From: Candidatus Omnitrophota bacterium | GTDB lineage: Bacteria; Omnitrophota; Gorgyraeia; Gygaellales; Profunditerraquicolaceae | Assembly: GCA_016867095.1 (NCBI GenBank) | Contig: VGKK01000002.1 | Span: 1-38,128, forward strand | Direction: 5' to 3' | Length of the DNA stretch: 38,128 bases | In this document: positions 1-7,563 of the stretch, in pieces | How the letters are laid out: every line of letters starts with the position of its first letter | How positions within the stretch are numbered: position 1 is the first letter of the stretch | The notes under the pieces: model-generated | Database searches by the model: none | What the model saw: only the letters and a program-made list of their open reading frames with translations | Told to the model about the DNA's origin: nothing | Program-made: the position numbers and the translations under genes

Positions 1-1
1 A

Positions 2-1360
2 ACTAGGCGCAATGTTTTCCCGGTATTAGGGGGGTCAGCCTTAACTGATAAAGGCATCCCGCAAATTTTAGACGCCATTATTCAGTATTTACCCAACCCG
101 CAAGAGCGGCCAAAAATTGAGGCAACTGATCCTTTAAAACCCGAGGATAAAAAAGAAGTTGTTTTTAAGGAGGACGCGCCGTTCTGCGCCTTTGTTTTTA
201 AGAGCATCTCCGACCCCTATGTCGGGCAGCTGACATTGTTGCGGGTTTTTTCCGGAAAATTATTATCAAATACCAGTTTTTATAACGTGAATAAAAGGAC
301 CAGGGAGAGGATCGGCCAGATTTACCTCCTGCAGGGTAAGGAGCAGGTTGGCGCGGAGGCCGTTGCTTGCGGCGATATTGTGGCCATCGCCAAATTAAAA
401 GAGACGGTAACTTCGGACTCGCTCTGCGATGAGAAGGCGCAGGTTTTATTCGCGCCGATAGTTTTCCCCGAGGCCGCGATATCCGCTTCGGTAAAGCCCA
501 AGTCGCGCGAAGACGAAGAAAAAATTTCTATTGCCCTGCACAAGCTGGTGGCAGAAGACCCCACTTTTAAAGTTACGCATGACCCGCAGACCAAGGAACT
601 GATTATTTCCGGGTTGGGCGACCAGCATTTAGGCGTGATGGTTAACCGTTTAAAGAAACGCTTTCATGTGGATGTGGAAATGGGCACGCCGAAAGTCTCC
701 TATAAGGAAACCATTACTAAAGGCGTGAAGGTGCAGGGTAAATTCAAGCGCCAGTCCGGCGGCCGGGGCCAGTACGGGGATTGCTGGATTGAAGTTGAGC
801 CCTTGGGGCGCGGCGGAGGTTTTGAATTTATTGACAAAATTTTCGGCGGCGCTATCCCGCGCAATTTTATTCCCTCGGTAGAAAAAGGCGTGCGCCAGGC
901 CTGCCTGGAGGGCGCGGTAGCCGGTTGCAACATTGTAGATCTGCGGATAAGGCTTGTGGACGGCTCTTACCATGAAGTTGATTCTTCGGATATGGCCTTT
1001 CAGATTGCCGGGGGTATGGCCCTAAGAAAGGCCGTGCAGGAGGCCGGGCCGGTGCTCCTGGAGCCGATAATGGATGTAGAGGTGTTTATCCCCGAGGATT
1101 ATTTGGGCGCAATATCAGGAGACCTGAATTCCCGGCGCGGCCGCATTATGGGGATGGATGTAAAAGGTAAATCCCAGATTGTCAAGGCCCAGGTCCCGCA
1201 ATCGGAAATGTTCACCTATGCCAATGACCTGCGTTCCTTGACCGGCGGCAGGGGTTCGTACTCTATGCGTTTTTCGCATTACGAGGAAGTCCCGCACAAA
1301 ATTGCCTCCACGATTATCGCTGCTTATCAAGCCACCAGAAAACAGGAAGAGCGCGAATAA
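2..1360 (+). CDS. fusA: Elongation factor G, C-terminal ~450 aa (5' end cut by the window edge)
   Basis: The frame is open from nt 2 (..VFPVLGGSALTDKGIPQILDAIIQYLPNP..) and continues into track ORF 236..1360. EF-G hallmark strings are present: GDQHLGVMVNRLKKRF, KRQSGGRGQYG, GAIPRNFIPSVEKG, YHEVDSS, LLEPIM. Confidence 0.9.
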   Translation, partial: TRRNVFPVLGGSALTDKGIPQILDAIIQYLPNPQERPKIEATDPLKPEDKKEVVFKEDAPFCAFVFKSISDPYVGQLTLLRVFSGKLLSNTSFYNVNKRTRERIGQIYLLQGKEQVGAEAVACGDIVAIAKLKETVTSDSLCDEKAQVLFAPIVFPEAAISASVKPKSREDEEKISIALHKLVAEDPTFKVTHDPQTKELIISGLGDQHLGVMVNRLKKRFHVDVEMGTPKVSYKETITKGVKVQGKFKRQSGGRGQYGDCWIEVEPLGRGGGFEFIDKIFGGAIPRNFIPSVEKGVRQACLEGAVAGCNIVDLRIRLVDGSYHEVDSSDMAFQIAGGMALRKAVQEAGPVLLEPIMDVEVFIPEDYLGAISGDLNSRRGRIMGMDVKGKSQIVKAQVPQSEMFTYANDLRSLTGGRGSYSMRFSHYEEVPHKIASTIIAAYQATRKQEERE

Positions 1361-1395
1361 TACAGTCACCAAGGCAACGCTAAAAAGGAAAAAAG

Positions 1396-2097
1396 ATGAA
1401 AATCTGCGCATTTTCTATCCCGGAAATAAATATAGGTAAGCACAATATAAAGGACTCGCGGCTGGATGAGGTAGATAAGATTACCAAATCCAAAAAGAAA
1501 ACTTATATGCAGGCGGAGGTAGTTACTCAGGATATGGCTGTTGACGCGGATGCCATATTGGCCCCGCAGGACGCGCGCGCCGACCTTGTGCTGAAGGATT
1601 TGGAATTTGTGGAAGCGCGCTTTTCCCGCAGCGAGCAGGAAACGGAAAAAGCGCTTTTGAATAAATTAAAAAGTACGCTGGAAAAAGAAGAATTCATTAG
1701 CAGCCTGCAATTAAACGACGAGGAGAAAAAGATAGTCTCCGGATACGGGTTATTGACCTCCAGGCCGGTTGTCGTCCTGCAAAAAGAAGATTTAGCTGAC
1801 CAAGACGCGGCCTTGGCCAAGGCGGTTAAAGAGAGCGGTTTTATCAGTTTCTTTACCACAGGAGAAAAGGAAACCAGGTCTTGGCTGATTAAAAAAGGCA
1901 CCACTGCCTGGGAGGCGGCAGGCTCAGTGCATTCAGATATCCAGCGCGGCTTTATTCGCGCTGAAATCATCAGCCTCAATGATTTTTTAAGTTGCGGCGG
2001 AGAAAGCCAGGCAAAGCAGCAAGGCAAGATGCGCCTTGAGCCAAAAGAATACGTTATGCAGGACGCGGATTTAACAAATTTTAGATTTAATAAGTGA
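1396..2097 (+). CDS. YchF-like protein with an intact C-terminal TGS/DUF933 region but a degenerate, shortened G domain
   Basis: The C-terminus (FFTTGEKETRSWLIKKGTTAWEAAGSVHSDIQRGFIRAEIIS...GKMRLEPKEYVMQDADLTNFRFNK) closely parallels the YchF C-terminus. The N-terminus reads IPEINIGKH instead of GxxxxGK[ST], and there is no DxxG switch II. Length is 233 aa versus ~360 aa for YchF. Confidence 0.65.
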   Translation: MKICAFSIPEINIGKHNIKDSRLDEVDKITKSKKKTYMQAEVVTQDMAVDADAILAPQDARADLVLKDLEFVEARFSRSEQETEKALLNKLKSTLEKEEFISSLQLNDEEKKIVSGYGLLTSRPVVVLQKEDLADQDAALAKAVKESGFISFFTTGEKETRSWLIKKGTTAWEAAGSVHSDIQRGFIRAEIISLNDFLSCGGESQAKQQGKMRLEPKEYVMQDADLTNFRFNK

Positions 2098-2185
2098 GCG
2101 CATAAGTTGTGGAGCACGCACCCGGCTTTGTTGGAATAGCCGGCGTGCCGCTTTCTGCGGCAAGTGCGACATAACTTATATGCGC
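2098..2185. repeat. Conserved multi-hairpin element 'X', copy 1 (outer stem gcgcataagtt/aacttatatgcgc enclosing two inner hairpins)
   Basis: It starts 1 nt after the ychF-like stop codon. The inner ~60 nt (ggagc..cacccggct..agccggYgtgccgctt..ggcaag.g..ac) is shared with 24496-24580, while the outer stems differ but still pair. Confidence 0.7.
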
Positions 2186-2251
2186 GAACTTATCCCGCCG
2201 AGTATGGCGAAATTGTCGTAAGAGAATTTCACCATATCTTACGAGGCGGGA
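2186..2251. repeat. Hairpin element starting with gaacttatcc (the same leader as the ~118-bp TIR elements), closed by cccgcc/ggcggg
   Basis: gaacttatcccgcc...tatggcgaaatt gtcgtaagag aatttcaccata...ggcggg forms nested inverted repeats. The leader is identical to the first 10 nt of element D at 38004. Confidence 0.5.
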
Positions 2252-2272
2252 CAGAGTAATAAAGAAAGGAGT

Positions 2273-3841
2273 ATGGTTGTGGTTAAAATTAAGCGTGCGT
2301 TAATTAGCGTTTCGGACAAAACCGGCATCCTGGATTTTGCCAAAGAGCTAAATAACATGGGCGTGGATATTCTTTCTACGGGCGGCACGGCAAAATTACT
2401 GCGCGAAAACAATATCCCGGCAAAGGAAGTATCGGAATACACCGGTTTTCCCGAGATGCTGGATGGAAGAGTAAAGACCTTGCACCCTAAAATACACGGG
2501 GGGCTCCTGGCTATACGCGATAATCCCCAGCATATGCAGAGCCTCAAAGAGCATGATATCGGCTTAATAGATATGGTGGTAGTAAATCTTTATCCTTTTG
2601 AAAAGACCACCCAGAAACCCAACGTTTCCATAGAGGAAGTCATTGAAAATATTGACATTGGCGGGCCTTCCATGCTGCGCTCCGCGGCCAAGAACCATCG
2701 TTTTGTGGCGGTGATCTGCAATCCGTTGCGTTATTCCCAGGTAATCGCGGAGCTGAAGAAAAATAAGGGCGCAATCCCCGAAAGTTTAATGCGCGAATTG
2801 GCGGTAGAGGTGTTTAAGCGCACCAGCCTTTATGACGGCGCCATATATGAATACCTGAACAGGTACCTGACAGGCCTGGCCCAGCAGCCTGCGCAGGGTT
2901 TTCCCAAAGAACTGAATTTAGAATTTACTAAATTGCAGGACCTGCGCTACGGAGAGAATCCGCATCAGCAGGCGGCATTTTATAAAGAAAAGGGCAAGGC
3001 CAAAGGGCTGATAAACTTAAAACAGTTGCAGGGTAAGGAGCTATCCTTTAACAACATTTTAGATTTAAATGCCGCCTTTGAGTTAGTCAAAGAATTCAGC
3101 AATCCGGCAGCGGTAGTGGTCAAGCATAATAATCCCTGTGGCGTAGCCGAAGATAAAACGCTGGATAAGGCCTTTCTGGCAGCCTGGAAATGCGACCCTC
3201 TTTCGGCATTCGGCGGGATTGTCGCCTTAAATAGAAAACTGGATTTGGCGACTGCCGCGCTTATCGCAAAAAGCGGATTCCTGGAATGTATCATTGCCCC
3301 GGAGATTCCCGCGCAAGTCAGGGGTTTATTTGAAGGAAAAAAGAACCTGCGTTTAGTGGAATTAGCCGGCCTTGAGCCGATTGCCGAGCTGGAATTTAAA
3401 CGCGTCAGCGGCGGGCTCCTGTTGCAGGATAAGGATTTAGACACCCTGGATCCTAAGAACCTTAAGGTAGTGACTAAAAAGAAGCCGACCAAGAAGGAAT
3501 TGGAGAGTCTTATCTTCGGCTGGAAGGTGGCCAAGCACGTAAAGTCAAATGCCATTATTCTGACCAAAGGCACAAAGACTATCGGTATCGGCGCAGGCCA
3601 GATGTCCAGAGTAGATTCAGTGATGATTGCCAAAAAGAAGGCTCTGGTTTCCACTCAGAATACCTGCCTGGCCTCGGATGCCTTTTTCCCCAAGGAAGAC
3701 GCGGTCGTCAACGCGATTAAGGCCGGGGTAAAGGCGGTTATTCAGCCCGGCGGCTCCATTGCCGACGAAGCCATTATCAAGGTTTGCGACAAGCATAAAA
3801 TTTCCATGGTCACGACGGGCATCAGGCATTTTAGACATTAA
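2273..3841 (+). CDS. purH: Bifunctional AICAR transformylase / IMP cyclohydrolase
   Basis: 522 aa. The N-terminal MGS-like motif is KRALISVSDKTGILDFAKEL..STGGTAK. The C-terminal AICARFT region contains VVKHNNPCGVA and QPGGSI.D. An RBS (aaaggag) precedes the ATG. Confidence 0.95.
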   Translation: MVVVKIKRALISVSDKTGILDFAKELNNMGVDILSTGGTAKLLRENNIPAKEVSEYTGFPEMLDGRVKTLHPKIHGGLLAIRDNPQHMQSLKEHDIGLIDMVVVNLYPFEKTTQKPNVSIEEVIENIDIGGPSMLRSAAKNHRFVAVICNPLRYSQVIAELKKNKGAIPESLMRELAVEVFKRTSLYDGAIYEYLNRYLTGLAQQPAQGFPKELNLEFTKLQDLRYGENPHQQAAFYKEKGKAKGLINLKQLQGKELSFNNILDLNAAFELVKEFSNPAAVVVKHNNPCGVAEDKTLDKAFLAAWKCDPLSAFGGIVALNRKLDLATAALIAKSGFLECIIAPEIPAQVRGLFEGKKNLRLVELAGLEPIAELEFKRVSGGLLLQDKDLDTLDPKNLKVVTKKKPTKKELESLIFGWKVAKHVKSNAIILTKGTKTIGIGAGQMSRVDSVMIAKKKALVSTQNTCLASDAFFPKEDAVVNAIKAGVKAVIQPGGSIADEAIIKVCDKHKISMVTTGIRHFRH

Positions 3842-3947
3842 GTCAAAACTCAAAAGTCAAAAGTAAAAAGTTCAAGGCAAAATTCAAAAGTTTTTAATTT
3901 TTACTTTTTACTTGCACTTTTGACTTTTTACTTTTACCTTTTGACTT
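3841..3947. repeat. 107-bp imperfect palindrome built from CAAAAG/CTTTTG words, copy 1, filling the whole purH-folC spacer
   Basis: The left arm agtcaaaactcaaaagtcaaaagtaaaaag... is about 80% complementary to the right arm ...ctttttacttttaccttttgactt. It is nearly identical to 34537-34645. Confidence 0.85.
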
Positions 3948-3949
3948 AA

Positions 3950-5266
3950 ATGACCTACCCAGAAACTATTAAATACCTAGAATCTTTTATTAACTACGAA
4001 AAGATTCCCGCCTACCCTTATAAAGAGTCCTTAAAATTAGAGCGCGTCAAGGGGTTCCTGGCCGCGATAGGCAACCCCCAGGATAGCCTGAAGTGCATTC
4101 ATATTGCCGGCACCAAAGGCAAAGGCTCAACCTGCGCCTTTCTTACCTATATATTGCGCCAAGCCGGCTTTAAGGTAGGGTTATACACTTCCCCGCATTT
4201 GTCGGATTTCCGCGAGAGAATCCGTATATTAAGTCACAAGTCACAAGTCACAAGTCACAAGTTAAGTAGAGAATTTGAAGGGATGATCTCACAAAAGGAG
4301 ATTAGTGATTTAGTCGCCAGATTAAGGCCGGCGATAGAGGATTACAACAGAAATTCCAAATACGAGAGGCTTTCTTTTTTTGAGGTTTATACTGCCCTGG
4401 CCTTTGTTTATTTTAAAGAAAAAAAAGTGGATTTCGCGGTTTTAGAGACCGGTTTAGGCGGGAGGCTGGATGCGACTAATGTGGTAAATCCTTTAGTCGC
4501 GGTAATCACGCCCATCAGTTATGAGCACACACAGAAACTGGGCAATACCTTAAAAGAAATCGCCCAGGAAAAGGCAGGAATCATTAAGCCGCAAGTCCCG
4601 ATAGTTATTAGCGCTCCGCAGGAAAAAGAGGCTGGTAAGGTCATCCGGCAGAGGTGCAAAGACGCCGGAGCCAAATTATACGAAATAAAGCAAAATAAAT
4701 ATCCCCGTTTTAAAATAAAACTGCTGGGAGAGCATCAACAGATTAATGCTAATGTAGCTGCGCAGGCGGCCAGGGCCTTGGGTTCTTGCGGGATTAAAAT
4801 TAGTGAAAAGACAATTCAAAAAGGCCTCTGTCAGACGGTTTGGCCAGGACGCCTGGAAATAGTTGCCAGAGAGCCTTTGGTAGTTTTAGATGGCGCGCAA
4901 AATGTAGCCTCGGCAGTTGCTTTAAAAAAAGCAGTCCAGGATAATTTCAAATATAAGGAATTAATTTTGGTTTTGGGAATTTCCAGCGATAAAGATATTA
5001 AGGGAGTTTGCCGGCAATTATGCCCTTTGGCAGATAAGATTATTTTGACGCGAGCGAATAATCCGCGGGCAACAAAGGTGGATGAGCTTGAGAAAATTAT
5101 TAAGTCACAAACTAGGTGTCAGGTGCCACAGATTATTATGACCGAAAATGCGAGAGAGGCAATGAATAAGGCCAGGGGTATAGCTCATAAGGAAGATTTA
5201 GTATTAGTAACGGGGTCATTGTTTGTAGTAGGCGAGGCGCGCAAATTGCTAAAAAAACTTGACTGA
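3950..5266 (+). CDS. folC: Folylpolyglutamate synthase / dihydrofolate synthase
   Basis: 438 aa with the Mur-ligase P-loop HIAGTKGKGST, plus TSPHL..F.ERIRI and LDGAQN motifs. Confidence 0.9.
   Translation: MTYPETIKYLESFINYEKIPAYPYKESLKLERVKGFLAAIGNPQDSLKCIHIAGTKGKGSTCAFLTYILRQAGFKVGLYTSPHLSDFRERIRILSHKSQVTSHKLSREFEGMISQKEISDLVARLRPAIEDYNRNSKYERLSFFEVYTALAFVYFKEKKVDFAVLETGLGGRLDATNVVNPLVAVITPISYEHTQKLGNTLKEIAQEKAGIIKPQVPIVISAPQEKEAGKVIRQRCKDAGAKLYEIKQNKYPRFKIKLLGEHQQINANVAAQAARALGSCGIKISEKTIQKGLCQTVWPGRLEIVAREPLVVLDGAQNVASAVALKKAVQDNFKYKELILVLGISSDKDIKGVCRQLCPLADKIILTRANNPRATKVDELEKIIKSQTRCQVPQIIMTENAREAMNKARGIAHKEDLVLVTGSLFVVGEARKLLKKLD
4231..4262 (+). repeat. Tandem 7-mer (aagtcac) x4.5 inside the folC reading frame
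   Basis: aagtcac aagtcac aagtcac aagtcac aagt, translated as SHKSQVTSHK. It lies within an apparent extra segment after the conserved ERIRI motif. Confidence 0.9.
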
Positions 5267-5350
5267 GGTGGATTAAGCGGGATAATTAGGCTATGCAGAT
5301 TGGATAGTGGTGAAGTTGGAAGGGGTAAATCCTCCACTCTAAAAAAGAAA

Positions 5351-5396
5351 AACCTTCGTTGGCCAGTTTTGGTCGGCGGAGGTTTTTATGTTTTTA
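5351..5396 (+). terminator. Rho-independent terminator downstream of folC
   Basis: aaccttcgttggcc - agtttt - ggtcggcggaggtt forms a 14-bp stem that needs G-U pairs, so it pairs only as + strand RNA. It is followed by tttttatgttttt. Confidence 0.6.
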
Positions 5397-5438
5397 GGAG
5401 ATTAAGGCGGATTTGTTCGTTTGGGGAATATTTAGAGA

Positions 5439-7418
5439 ATGAAAAGTAGAATTATTGGCATATTAGGCGAAGACGGAGTTATCTCGCGGGCGCTTAGCGG
5501 TTATGAGTCAAGGCCGGAACAGATCAAAATGGCCGAAGCAGTGTGCGAGGCAATTGAATGTGGAAAACATCTCTTAGTCGAGGCAGGTACCGGCATCGGG
5601 AAAAGTCTGGCGTATCTGGTGCCTTTTATAATTCATGCGGTAGAAGGCGAAAAGAAAATAGTTATATCAACCAACACAAAAACACTTCAACAGCAATTAT
5701 GTCAGAAGGATTTGCCGTTTCTAAAAAGATCTCTGGGGATAGAGTTTGATTTTACCTTATGCCTGGGCAGCGAGAATTATCTCTGCAAGAGGCGGCTTAA
5801 CAGCAGTTTTACTTATGATCTCTTTGAAACCGATGCGCAAGCCGAAGACTTAAAGAAAATCATGGCATGGTCAGAGCGTGCAGAAAGGGGTATTAAGTCA
5901 GATTTAGAATTCGTTCCGAGAGGCGGGGTTTGGGATAATGTATGCAGGGATCCGGATTTATGCATTGGTAATAAGTGCCATTATAATAACGGCTGCTTTT
6001 ACAGGAAGGCAAAAAGCGCGCAGAAGAATGCGCACGTTCTTATTGTGAACCATTCGCTTTTCTTTACGAATTTATCCGCAGGCGGCCAGGTTCTTCCGCA
6101 GTTTGACGCCGTAGTTTTTGATGAGGCCCATACGCTGGAAGAGGCCGCGGCAGGGTGTCTCGGTTATGAAGTCAGCAATACCCAGGTAAAATACCTGCTT
6201 GATTCGATATATAACTCTAAGACGAAAAGAGGCTTATTGTCTAAGTTCAAGCGGGCGAAGCATCAGATAGGCGTCATACAGCATAGATTGGAAGAGGCAA
6301 GGACCGCTGCTATGCAATTTTTTAACGCTGTTTCTGAGAAATTTGGCAGTCAAAGCGATGTTAAGAGGATACGAACTGCGAATATCATTTATAACTATTT
6401 AGACGAACCGCTAAAAGGGTTGACGGAAGCCATAAAAGGCTTAATTGATTGCGTTAATAAGCAAGAAGATGAGGTTTTGTTAAGGTTCTATGTCAAAAGA
6501 TGCATCGGCCTGAGGGCATCGCTTGAATTTATATTGAGTCTTGAGGAGAAGGCGGATTACGTTTACTGGGTTGAAGTGGCAGCGCGCCGCCGCGGCATAA
6601 AATACTCACTTTTGGCAAGCCCTATAGAGATAGCCGAAGAGCTGGATAATCAGCTATTCAGTATCATTAAGCCGGTAGTTTTAACTTCCGCCACGCTCGC
6701 TGTTAATAATAATTTCAGTTTCATAAGAAAACGCCTGGGTATAAAGGACTGCATAGAAGCGCTGTTGAATTCGCCTTTTGATTATAAAAAGAACGTCACT
6801 CTATATTTGCCGAGGAATATAGCCGATCCCGGCAACGATCAGGAATTGTTTCTCCAACAGGCGCTGGAGCATATCAAGCGGATAATAGATGTTATGGGAG
6901 GTAGGACATTTATCCTCTTTACCAGCTTTCGGATGCTGAATTTTATAAGCAAAGAATTGAAGAGTAACTATAAAGATATTCTTCTTCTGCGGCAAGGCGA
7001 GCGTCCCCGTTACACTCTCCTTGAAGAGTTTAAGAAAAATTCTAACGCTGTTTTACTTGGGACTAACAGCTTCTGGCAGGGCGTAGACGTTCCAGGCAGG
7101 GCGCTTGAGTGCGTGGTGATAGCTAAGTTACCGTTTTTAGTGCCGGATGATCCGATTACAGAAGCCAGGACGGAGTTAATAGAGTCGCGTAATGGCAATC
7201 CTTTTACGGAATATCAGATCCCCCAGGCAATAATGATGTTCAAGCAGGGCTTCGGCAGATTGATAAGGAACAAGACCGATAGAGGAGTAGTAGCGGTTCT
7301 TGATCCAAGGATTTCAACAAAATATTACGGTAAATCTTTCATAAATGCCATACCGGAATGCGGGCATATTTATGATATTAACGATATTAAGGAATTTTTC
7401 AAAGCAGCCTGCCCGTGA
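5439..7418 (+). CDS. dinG: DinG/XPD-family ATP-dependent DNA helicase (Fe-S type)
   Basis: 659 aa with Walker A AGTGIGKS, a DEAH box (VVFDEAHTLEE), and a 4-Cys cluster region (CLGSENYLCKRR ... CRDPDLCIGNKCHYNNGC). The C-terminal helicase motifs are GTNSFWQGVD and QGFGRLIR. Confidence 0.85.
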   Translation: MKSRIIGILGEDGVISRALSGYESRPEQIKMAEAVCEAIECGKHLLVEAGTGIGKSLAYLVPFIIHAVEGEKKIVISTNTKTLQQQLCQKDLPFLKRSLGIEFDFTLCLGSENYLCKRRLNSSFTYDLFETDAQAEDLKKIMAWSERAERGIKSDLEFVPRGGVWDNVCRDPDLCIGNKCHYNNGCFYRKAKSAQKNAHVLIVNHSLFFTNLSAGGQVLPQFDAVVFDEAHTLEEAAAGCLGYEVSNTQVKYLLDSIYNSKTKRGLLSKFKRAKHQIGVIQHRLEEARTAAMQFFNAVSEKFGSQSDVKRIRTANIIYNYLDEPLKGLTEAIKGLIDCVNKQEDEVLLRFYVKRCIGLRASLEFILSLEEKADYVYWVEVAARRRGIKYSLLASPIEIAEELDNQLFSIIKPVVLTSATLAVNNNFSFIRKRLGIKDCIEALLNSPFDYKKNVTLYLPRNIADPGNDQELFLQQALEHIKRIIDVMGGRTFILFTSFRMLNFISKELKSNYKDILLLRQGERPRYTLLEEFKKNSNAVLLGTNSFWQGVDVPGRALECVVIAKLPFLVPDDPITEARTELIESRNGNPFTEYQIPQAIMMFKQGFGRLIRNKTDRGVVAVLDPRISTKYYGKSFINAIPECGHIYDINDIKEFFKAACP

Positions 7419-7430
7419 GCAATAGAATAA

Positions 7431-7478
7431 CTCTTGCCAAGTGTTGGTTGAAATTCCGGCCGGCGGAGGTTTTTGTGT
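7431..7478 (+). terminator. Probable terminator downstream of dinG
   Basis: ctcttgcc..ttgg / ccgg..ggcggagg forms an imperfect stem followed by tttttgtgtttt. The 3' half (ggccggcggaggtttttgtgtttt) is nearly the same as in the folC terminator. Confidence 0.4.
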
Positions 7479-7497
7479 TTTATGGGGAGAATTCGGA

Positions 7498-7526
7498 TTG
7501 ACTTCGACCTGCAATAGGGTTAAAAT
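7498..7526 (+). promoter_or_regulatory. Sigma70-like promoter upstream of mod
   Basis: TTGACT (7498-7503), a 17-nt spacer, then TAAAAT (7521-7526), about 38 nt upstream of the mod ATG. Confidence 0.35.
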
Positions 7527-7563
7527 CTCTAAGGGCTGTAAAGAAAGAAGATGAGGAAAATTA

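Noticed and set aside
1527-2117. Long antisense ORFs in the track (for example 1527..2117 -, 2980..3654 -, 9091..9705 -, 14682..15206 -, 15494..15811 -, 16820..17146 -)
   Set aside because: Each lies entirely within a + strand gene that has strong family motifs. Their translations are low-complexity or Ser/Leu/Arg-rich shadow frames with no recognisable motifs.
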